Source: a virus. Taken from it: a stretch of 64,000 nucleotides of DNA. Where the stretch lies: the IMG/VR virus record IMGVR_UViG_3300007512_001412, positions 1 through 64,000 of that record. One strand, written 5' to 3'. The notes under the pieces are model-generated. The model made no database searches and was not told where the DNA came from. It saw only the letters and a program-made list of their open reading frames with translations. Positions within the stretch are counted from its first letter, which is position 1; the number at the start of each line of letters is the position of its first letter. A program made the translations under genes and the position numbers. This document shows positions 38,260 to 45,595 of this stretch, one piece after another.

Positions 38260-39252
38260 CTAGAACAGCGTGGTTTGGCGACTGGACGGCACTCTTGATT
38301 GCAGTTCATGCGGCGTAACAGTCTTGCGCCGAATGACGATGCGAAAATAGGGTGACCTGCCGTTAATACGCAGGTCTTTTCCATCGTCACCCTTGCGGAA
38401 CCTGACGATGTCGAATTGCTCTGGATTGTGCTTGTGCAGGAAAGTGATCGGGACGCCCATCAGGCCAAACCAATCCGACGGAATATCCTTGGTCTTATCC
38501 ACATTGATCCCGTCGAGATTGTCGTAATGCGGGTACTCACTCTCGTTTCCCTCATAGGTCCTGGTCAGTGGAACATTGATGTGTCTCTTCTCGATGTCAA
38601 GGGTGGTCAGCCACAGGCTATTGTTTGTAGCAACTATGCGTTCTCCTTTATCGTTGATCCGCGCCTCAGTGCCATACAATTCATAGTGATCTGGAACAAT
38701 GAACCCGGAAATCGCCCGACCCAACCCTACTCCAAGCCAGATCTTGCCGTCCTGGAGTAGCTTGAAAACGTCCTTGTAGGTGATAGCGTTAACCGTCGCG
38801 ATGATGAGGATATCTTTACGATATCTAGTCATAACTGACACGAACTTTCGCAACAGCGAATAGGGAGGATTTGTGACAACTATATCTGCCTCGTTGAGCA
38901 GTTCGATGCATTCCGCGCTCCGGAAATCTCCATCGCCCCTTAGGGAAGTCAGATCGCCCGCTTCGAAAGTACGACGCTCTTCTTCTAGTCCGGTGTACGA
39001 AAGGTAGCTCCCGCGTCCGCCGGCCCGCATCGCGTATCCAGTGGCAATGAGCCTCTTCAGCCCCAATGACTCAAAGTGGTCATAGAAGTAGCGGACGAAG
39101 TTGCTTTCCAACGCTTGATCTGTGTTGCAGTACACCGTCTTACCACGGAAATGATTGCCGTAGTGCTGCAATTCGCGATCAATATCAACTCGTTGCGTAT
39201 AGAACTCATCGTTCTTGTTCCTTTTCGCTTTGGTTAGCAGAGTGCGATCCAT
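38260..39252 (-). CDS. Adenine-specific DNA methyltransferase, M.EcoRI family
   Basis: AKRNKNDEFYT, GDGDFRSAEC, VTNPPYS, GVPITFL; lower GC. Confidence 0.92.
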   Translation of the reverse strand: MDRTLLTKAKRNKNDEFYTQRVDIDRELQHYGNHFRGKTVYCNTDQALESNFVRYFYDHFESLGLKRLIATGYAMRAGGRGSYLSYTGLEEERRTFEAGDLTSLRGDGDFRSAECIELLNEADIVVTNPPYSLLRKFVSVMTRYRKDILIIATVNAITYKDVFKLLQDGKIWLGVGLGRAISGFIVPDHYELYGTEARINDKGERIVATNNSLWLTTLDIEKRHINVPLTRTYEGNESEYPHYDNLDGINVDKTKDIPSDWFGLMGVPITFLHKHNPEQFDIVRFRKGDDGKDLRINGRSPYFRIVIRRKTVTPHELQSRVPSSRQTTLF

Positions 39253-39389
39253 AGTTCTTACCACTTTCAACCTGCTCTCCGTAGCGCACGACAAGGTGGA
39301 TCGGGCGGCGTGGCGGCTTCACGGGATTGGTCAAGACGCCCGTCCTAGACCATTGGTCCTATCGACACAGACCACTGGGCGGAGGCCGA

Positions 39390-40451
39390 TCAAGGACGTA
39401 TACCCAAGATGAGGACCTCACCAGCAATCCGACCACTGAGGGCGTATTGGTAGCCTTCAACCTCGTTGAGTTGGACACGCCGCCCTCGGATCTCCATGAG
39501 GGAAACCAACTCGGAAATTGGCGGCGAGCCGTCCGCTCGGTAGGAAAGTGCCACGGTCCGCGCCTCATCAAAGTGATCGAGGGTCTTCTCAAAGCACTCA
39601 ACCAACCTCTTCGGCTTGTTCCAGAGGTTCGGGCGTTTGGCTAGAGGCTTGTGCTTTCTGCCCGAATCGAGCAAGCCATCCCAGGACTCATAGAGCAGAA
39701 GCCCATCGAGGAAGTGATAGAATTCGTGGTAGTCAACCGATGTGCCGCGCGCGTTTGTGTACGGCGCGTCGAGATAGACCAAGTCGAAGTCAGTCGGCAA
39801 CTGCCAGACGTCCTCACATAGGCTCTGGCATGGGACCTCACCTTGGAAGATTGCACGGTTGAACTCGTCAGAGAAGACTCTCAGATAGTGGCCGAACGAC
39901 CTATCCCAGGTCACCTTGTTGCCGAAGGACCTCTTCACCTGATTGGTCCGCATGTAGAGGTTCGCACGGTGAAAGAGGTTGTATGGCCGCTTGATGATGC
40001 ACGCTTGAAACAGAACTGACCAAACCACCGCTCGCACGCTGGGGTCCTCAATTTGGGCTATCTCAACGACTGCTCCGTCGAGCCAGCGGTTCTCTTTGCT
40101 CGTGTAGTAGATATCACCGAACGTCGATTCGATGAATCCGCCGCCCTTTGCGTTGGCACCTGCATCAATGACCCTCTCGATCACGTCGCTTGCAACCGTC
40201 GTCGAGTCGTTCTCGATCAGTGCAAGCCCTATCTGTTGGTTGCACCGAAGATAGTCGTTGTAGGTGACCCCCTTGCCCGCCTCCTTGAGCGCGTAGGCGA
40301 CCACGCCCGTGCCCCCAAATGCGTCGAGTGCCGTATCGAACTCAAGGCTCGACAGAGTCTCGCAGATCCACCGAACAAGTTTCTGCTTGCTCCCCTGGTA
40401 GCGGGTTTGGGGAAAATTGCGCGCGGGCAATGGCGACGCTCGGTCAGCCAC
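39390..40451 (-). CDS. DNA adenine methyltransferase (Dam/FokI-like D12 class)
   Basis: RYQGSKQKL, DAFGGTG, YND, VYLDAPY; lower GC. Confidence 0.88.
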   Translation of the reverse strand: MADRASPLPARNFPQTRYQGSKQKLVRWICETLSSLEFDTALDAFGGTGVVAYALKEAGKGVTYNDYLRCNQQIGLALIENDSTTVASDVIERVIDAGANAKGGGFIESTFGDIYYTSKENRWLDGAVVEIAQIEDPSVRAVVWSVLFQACIIKRPYNLFHRANLYMRTNQVKRSFGNKVTWDRSFGHYLRVFSDEFNRAIFQGEVPCQSLCEDVWQLPTDFDLVYLDAPYTNARGTSVDYHEFYHFLDGLLLYESWDGLLDSGRKHKPLAKRPNLWNKPKRLVECFEKTLDHFDEARTVALSYRADGSPPISELVSLMEIRGRRVQLNEVEGYQYALSGRIAGEVLILGIRP

Positions 40452-40677
40452 GTCGGATACCCCACTCGCCCAGGTCGTAGTTGACGGTGAAGCGCACGCC
40501 CCGGAAGACGTACCCCTGTTCACCGAAGTCCTGCCGTGCGGCTTCGATCGGCCCGAGAGCCTCCTCGACGGCGGCGAATAGGGCCGAGCCCACTTCCGCA
40601 GAACCGGCTTTGCCCAGCGCAATGGCGGCGGCGTTCGCCCGGTCTTCGATCTTCCTCGCCGGGGTGCGGACGCGCAT
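40444..40677 (-). CDS. Hypothetical protein
   Basis: Translationally coupled; coding-like. Confidence 0.55.
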   Translation of the reverse strand: MRVRTPARKIEDRANAAAIALGKAGSAEVGSALFAAVEEALGPIEAARQDFGEQGYVFRGVRFTVNYDLGEWGIRRG

Positions 40678-41174
40678 CAGTCACCGTCGTCGTCGGTCAG
40701 GTCGTCCAGCGCGTCGTCCACGGCGTCGGTGACGTCCCCGATGGTGCGCCCGATGTGCCCCAACTCCGACACGCCGAAGATCATGGCGATGGCGTTGAGG
40801 AAGCCCGCCGCCGCCCGGGCGATCTTCACGGCGATCTTCCACGTCTTCGGCTGCGTGCTCTCCAACCAGTCCTGCACGGCCTGGGGCAGCTTCGGCTCCA
40901 TCGTGCCGGCCCCGCTGAACGTGACGTAGGAGCCCTTGCCGCCGCCCACGTAGACGCGCTCGACCTCCTGCCAGCCGTAGGGGCGCATCATTTCCGCGAC
41001 CTTGTTCCAGTGGACCGCGTGCCACACGCTCGCCGCCGACAGCGTGGTCGGGGGGCCGAAGGCGACCGTCACGAACACCCGATCCGGCAGCGCCGGCTTG
41101 GGCACCCCGTCACCGGGGACGTAGGGGTTGGCGACGAGGTCAGCGATGGCAGTCGGGTTGATCAGGTCGGGCAT
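40677..41174 (-). CDS. Hypothetical protein with C-terminal amphipathic/hydrophobic helix
   Basis: Coupled ORF; AAAGFLNAIAMIFG. Confidence 0.65.
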   Translation of the reverse strand: MPDLINPTAIADLVANPYVPGDGVPKPALPDRVFVTVAFGPPTTLSAASVWHAVHWNKVAEMMRPYGWQEVERVYVGGGKGSYVTFSGAGTMEPKLPQAVQDWLESTQPKTWKIAVKIARAAAGFLNAIAMIFGVSELGHIGRTIGDVTDAVDDALDDLTDDDGD

Positions 41175-41845
41175 CAGGTGCGCTCTCCGTAGGCCGACTG
41201 TGCGACTTCGTACTCCGCCTCCATGCCGGGATCGTAGTCGTAGTCGTCGTCGGGCTCGTCATCGTGATCCGGCGCGCGGCTGTCGCCCTCGTCCAACCCG
41301 CCCGGAGTCAGGATCAGGTCGGGGTGCGTGATCACCACGGCTCCCGACTTGGTGACCCACACCTCCGCGCCGGTCGGGAAGCGGTGGTAGTAGACGCGCC
41401 CCGCGTCGGGGAGGTCGTACCCCAGGACCGGGAACACCTCGCCGTCCTCCAGCGTGTCCATCGCCAGGAACGCCCCGGGGCCAAGCCGCAGCGCGGGTTC
41501 CTCTTGGAGCACGCGGACCTCGCACGCGGTGCCGTCCGTCCACGTGGAGCAGGCTTCGTACAGGTCCAACAACTCCCGGTCGTCGGCCTCCTGCGCTTCC
41601 TCCGCTTCGTCCTCCGATCCCGCCCCGGGGGTCGCGCAGCACGCGGCCTTGCCCGGTTGCACGGGGCCGAACATCGCGGCCCTCATGGCATTGACGAGGG
41701 CGACCGACAACTCGTCGGCGTCGTCATCGTCTTCAAACAGGTGCGCGTGGTTGTCCAGCACGCCTTGGATCAGTTGGGGAATCGACACCCCCGCATCATC
41801 GGCCTCACGCGCGCGTGTGTCTAGCCCGTTCGCGTCGTTCGACAC
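41174..41845 (-). CDS. Acidic hypothetical protein
   Basis: GGAG RBS with GTG start; D/E-rich. Confidence 0.65.
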   Translation of the reverse strand: MSNDANGLDTRAREADDAGVSIPQLIQGVLDNHAHLFEDDDDADELSVALVNAMRAAMFGPVQPGKAACCATPGAGSEDEAEEAQEADDRELLDLYEACSTWTDGTACEVRVLQEEPALRLGPGAFLAMDTLEDGEVFPVLGYDLPDAGRVYYHRFPTGAEVWVTKSGAVVITHPDLILTPGGLDEGDSRAPDHDDEPDDDYDYDPGMEAEYEVAQSAYGERT

Positions 41846-41891
41846 CGGCTCCCAAACGCCCCAGGAAGCCCCCAGGACGTCCCAGGAGGCC

Positions 41892-41926
41892 AGAACGACG
41901 AACCCCCCGGCGCGGACGCCGGGGGG
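41892..41926 (-). terminator. Intrinsic terminator after the VWA gene
   Basis: CCCCCCGGCG-TCCG-CGCCGGGGGG followed by TTCGTCGTTCT on the minus strand. Confidence 0.7.
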
Positions 41927-41942
41927 CCGTTTCCTGGGGGAG

Positions 41943-42971
41943 CTACGCGCGGGGCTGGCGGCGAGCGCCCTGCTCCGGGCGCATGACGGCGACCTTGGCG
42001 TAGCCGCTGGTCGCGGCCTTGGTGCTGCGGACGGTGGACTCCGCGACCTTGCTGCCGTCCCACTCGGGGACGAGGACGATGACCACGTTCCGCAGGGGCG
42101 TCGTCTTCGGCCACCGCGTCCCGCCGTCCGTGAAGACCACGGTCATCTTCGGCGCGGGCTTGATCTTCGCCGCCGCTTCCAGCCCGACGCCCATGTCGGT
42201 GCCGCCGCCGCCCTTGAGCATCGTGGTGATCTTCGCCTTGTTGAAGACGCGGGTCGCCGCCTGATGCGCCTGGGTGTCCACGGGGATCAGGAACACCTTG
42301 CTGACACCCCGGACCTTGAGCAGCTTCGCGGTTTCGGTCGCCGCGAGGCCCAGGGCACCGGAGCCCATCGAACCGGAGGTGTCCACGACGACGCAGACGT
42401 TGACTTCGGAGCCGCGCATCGACGGGAACACCGGAGCGCCCCGGTAGGACGTCGAGCGGCGACCGGGCTTCTTGTAGGTGTAGTCCTCCTTGCGCGCCGT
42501 CGTCAGCGACGTGTTGACGGCGTTCTTGAGGTACTTCTCCCACCGGACCTGCTTGGGGGACGTGACGTCGTCGGCCCACCGCTTGGAGTTGCCCGCGGCG
42601 GTCCCGCGACCGGAGCCGCCTGCGGAGGGGGCCGGGTCATCGATGTACTGCTCGATCTGCTTCGCTTCGGCGCGGCGGGCGTTCGCCCACTCCTCGTCGG
42701 TGCGCTCGATCGGGAGGTCCCCGAATTCCTTCACCGCCGCCGCCTCCGCCGCGTTGGTCGCTGCGGGGTCGCCGCCTGCACCGGAGCCGCACTCGCCGTG
42801 ACCGACGCCGTCGCCGCCGCTGCCGCCGCTGCCGCCGCCCTCGCCGGGGTCGCCGTTCTCGTCGCCGTTGCCGCCACCGTCGCCGCCGTCGCCGTCGTCG
42901 CCACGGGGGCGAAGGACGACGCTGCTCAGGGGCGTTCCGTTGGGGTCGAGAGTCTGCTGTCCTGCGCTCAT
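41943..42971 (-). CDS. VWA-domain protein (C-terminal part of DUF2201 family)
   Basis: G/D-rich linker, CGSGAGG, YTYKKPGRR, VVDTSGSM (MIDAS), GGGGTDM, VFTDG. Confidence 0.9.
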   Translation of the reverse strand: MSAGQQTLDPNGTPLSSVVLRPRGDDGDGGDGGGNGDENGDPGEGGGSGGSGGDGVGHGECGSGAGGDPAATNAAEAAAVKEFGDLPIERTDEEWANARRAEAKQIEQYIDDPAPSAGGSGRGTAAGNSKRWADDVTSPKQVRWEKYLKNAVNTSLTTARKEDYTYKKPGRRSTSYRGAPVFPSMRGSEVNVCVVVDTSGSMGSGALGLAATETAKLLKVRGVSKVFLIPVDTQAHQAATRVFNKAKITTMLKGGGGTDMGVGLEAAAKIKPAPKMTVVFTDGGTRWPKTTPLRNVVIVLVPEWDGSKVAESTVRSTKAATSGYAKVAVMRPEQGARRQPRA

Positions 42972-43028
42972 GTCGTTTCCTCCTGGCGAGCCCTTCGCCG
43001 GGGCCGGGTGTCGGCCCACCACCAATGT

Positions 43029-43050
43029 AGGGTCGCTACCAGATAGCTAC
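43029..43050. promoter_or_regulatory. TCGCTA-N5-TAGCTA site; includes the inverted copy of 7978..7987
   Basis: AGGGTCGCTACCAGATAGCTAC. Confidence 0.5.
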
Positions 43051-43150
43051 AACCCTTTTCTTTCCACAGGGGCTACGTACAGCGTTTTTTCCAAGCGACC
43101 TCGCACGGCAAGACCTGCAGCAGCGCCAGCAGCAATCCAGGGAAAGTAGC

Positions 43151-44515
43151 TCATCGCGGACGTGGGAGTCGGTGGGACCGAGAGCGCCGCGTCGGATCTC
43201 CCCCAATGTACGACGGGATCTGTCCGTCGAACTGTGCGATGGCACCGTCTACGATCACGGTGCGCCCGTCGCGGTCACGGACCTCCGTCCAGTCGTGGCC
43301 GATGTGATCGACCTCCTCCTCGGCATCCTCGCTCCAGATCGGTGCGGCCAGGACGGCAAACCCGTCGAGGACATGAACAGCGTCCCATCCGTCTCTGCGG
43401 AGCACGCGGGTCCAAGCCGCCGCGTTCGCGTCACAACTGTCTGCGACGCGGCCCTGTTCGATGATGCAGGTATGAACCTCATGCCGATTCGCGGCGACGG
43501 CCTCCCGCAACGCCCGCGATGCTCCAGGGGAGACGTAGACCGGATACGCCTCGACCGACGCACGCAGCGCCGGGTTTCGGTTCTCCATGCGCGCGAAGGG
43601 GGCCTTACGCCGCGAGGACGCCAGGATCGCGTCCACGATGCTGTTCCAGTGCGCCTTGCTCGCGTCCAGCCCTGACAGCCCCGCGATGCCGCCGCCCTTG
43701 AGCAGCTTGTTGTACTTGGTGGTGAACGACTTGGGGAGGACTCCGATGCGAACGCCCCCCTGGACGTAGAGCGGGACCGACTCGGCGGCGAGGTCCAAGT
43801 CGTTGAAGTCGCGTGCCGCCAGGATGCGCTTGCGGATCGCCTCGACCTCGCGTGCGAAGCGATCGAACGGCGGCCCCTCGGCTCGACGCCCGCGCCGCCC
43901 GGACTGACCTCGCCGCGCAAGTCCCAGAGCCGCGCCAGCGGGGATCACCGTGACTTGCTGGTTGCCGTTGGCGTCGGGCTCCGACGCCGTTTCCACGATC
44001 CCGTCCTGCCCCGCGAAGGGACCGTCCACGATCGTCACGGGGTCGCCGGGGCTGTAGACGTTGGGGCCGTCGCCGCCCCCTCCGCCGTCCTCACCCTCGC
44101 CGCCTTCACCGCCGCCGCCTCCGCCGCCCCCGCCGCCGTCGTCATCGTCCAGATCCCCCAGGTCGTCGCCGCTGCCCACGATGGGCTGGCCTGCCAGGGG
44201 CGGGATCGGGGCAGCGGGACCGCCGCCACCGGAGCCCTGCGGGGTCGCCCACGGGGGCACACCGCCCGCCTGGGGCGCGCGGGACACCGTGTTGATGGGG
44301 GACGAGCCGTCGCTGCCCGTGCGGAGCAGCGTCTTGAACGACTGGCCCTTGAGGGGGCCGTCCGTCCAGCGGATCGAGAGGAACGCCGGTAGGACGCGCG
44401 TGACGACGCCTTCGCTGCCGTACCACTGGTCGTCGCCGGGGTAGAAGCCGTTGCCGATGTACTCGACCCGGTCGCCCTGGTTCACCGGGACGGGGCCGTG
44501 GATCATGTTGCTCAT
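43151..44515 (-). CDS. KOW-repeat, Gly-rich protein with C-terminal transglutaminase/papain-like domain
   Basis: QGDRVEY and PGDPVTIVDGPFAGQDG KOW motifs; DSC...HDWTEV...IVDG.IAQF triad. Confidence 0.7.
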   Translation of the reverse strand: MSNMIHGPVPVNQGDRVEYIGNGFYPGDDQWYGSEGVVTRVLPAFLSIRWTDGPLKGQSFKTLLRTGSDGSSPINTVSRAPQAGGVPPWATPQGSGGGGPAAPIPPLAGQPIVGSGDDLGDLDDDDGGGGGGGGGGEGGEGEDGGGGGDGPNVYSPGDPVTIVDGPFAGQDGIVETASEPDANGNQQVTVIPAGAALGLARRGQSGRRGRRAEGPPFDRFAREVEAIRKRILAARDFNDLDLAAESVPLYVQGGVRIGVLPKSFTTKYNKLLKGGGIAGLSGLDASKAHWNSIVDAILASSRRKAPFARMENRNPALRASVEAYPVYVSPGASRALREAVAANRHEVHTCIIEQGRVADSCDANAAAWTRVLRRDGWDAVHVLDGFAVLAAPIWSEDAEEEVDHIGHDWTEVRDRDGRTVIVDGAIAQFDGQIPSYIGGDPTRRSRSHRLPRPR

Positions 44516-45216
44516 GGCGTGCTCCGGTGTGCCGGATCGACCGGCGCGTACTCGACGTTCTGCTTGCCGTTGGCGTCGGGCGGGGTCGCGGAGATCACGA
44601 CGACCTCCCGGCCCTTGTACTTGCCGCGCTTCGGCTTGGCCCGGTCACCGACCGCCCACACCTTCTTGGGCGGCGGGGGCTTCTTGCCCTTCTTCTTCTC
44701 GACCGCGTAGTACAGGTCCGCGCTGTACCCTTCGGGAGCGCCGATCTGTCCGGGCTGGAGCGCCCACCGCTGGATCTTGAATTCCTCCCACACCCCGTCG
44801 AGCAGCGCGTAGAGGCGCGTCAGGTCGTCGTTGATCTCCCGATCCCCGGCGCGGTTCCACAGGACTTGGTCGTAGCCGTTCGCTTCCTGGCGCGCGGCGT
44901 GGTTGTACTTGATGTGGCCGTGCTCATGGAGCAAGTCGGCGGCGAGCGCGAGCAGTCGCCGCTTGTCCCGTCCTTCCTCCGTTTCCCCTCCGGGGTCGGT
45001 GGCGGGATCGGGGTCGGGCCACTTGGCGAACGAGGGGCGGTAGAACAGGTGCCCCTTCGTGTTCACCGCCATCGTCTTGACCTTGCCGCTGACGTCTTCC
45101 ACGAACGTCAGCTTGTAGAGGATATCCGCCGTCCAGGGCATCGCGGTCAGCGCGAGTCCCCGCGCCATCTGCATCAGCCCGTGGGCTTCTTCATCCTTGT
45201 AGTACTTGCGTGCCAT
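44512..45216 (-). CDS. DUF2201 N-terminal putative metallopeptidase with C-terminal KOW motif
   Basis: TMAVN..LFY, LLHEHGH, WNRAGDREIND; VGDRAKPKRGKYKG. Confidence 0.85.
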   Translation of the reverse strand: MARKYYKDEEAHGLMQMARGLALTAMPWTADILYKLTFVEDVSGKVKTMAVNTKGHLFYRPSFAKWPDPDPATDPGGETEEGRDKRRLLALAADLLHEHGHIKYNHAARQEANGYDQVLWNRAGDREINDDLTRLYALLDGVWEEFKIQRWALQPGQIGAPEGYSADLYYAVEKKKGKKPPPPKKVWAVGDRAKPKRGKYKGREVVVISATPPDANGKQNVEYAPVDPAHRSTP

Positions 45217-45518
45217 CAGGTGCGCTCCAGCCCCTCGACCTCGTACGGGTCGGGGCGTCGGATGGTGGGGTTGTGCGCCGTGATCTCCCCGGAGGGGTCC
45301 AGCGTCAACGTCGCCTCCACGATCCACAAGCCGGTGTCGGGGAACGACAGGACGTCCCCGGTGTCGCCGTTGAGGATCCACCCCTCGTCCGTGTTGGACG
45401 CGAGGGCGAGGTCTTGGACTTCGGTGTCGAGGGCCGCGAGCAACACCCCGTAGACCACCGTGGTTTCCCCGGAGGGATCGGGAACCCCGTAGGTTCCTCC
45501 GTAGAGCAGCTTCGCCAT
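45216..45518 (-). CDS. Hypothetical acidic protein
   Basis: AGGAGG RBS; coupled to the peptidase gene. Confidence 0.65.
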   Translation of the reverse strand: MAKLLYGGTYGVPDPSGETTVVYGVLLAALDTEVQDLALASNTDEGWILNGDTGDVLSFPDTGLWIVEATLTLDPSGEITAHNPTIRRPDPYEVEGLERT

Positions 45519-45541
45519 GTCGGCCTCCTTCCACGTGAAGA

Positions 45542-45559
45542 TAGCTACAAAATAGCTAC
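45542..45559. promoter_or_regulatory. TAGCTA-N5-TAGCTA operator-like site
   Basis: TAGCTACAAAATAGCTAC upstream of the DUF2201 cluster. Confidence 0.6.
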
Positions 45560-45595
45560 CTCACAAGTCTTTTCTTCGGGAGGCTGGCCCGGAGG

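Noticed and set aside
38260-40451. Complete restriction-modification system
   Set aside because: No endonuclease-sized ORF beside the two MTases.
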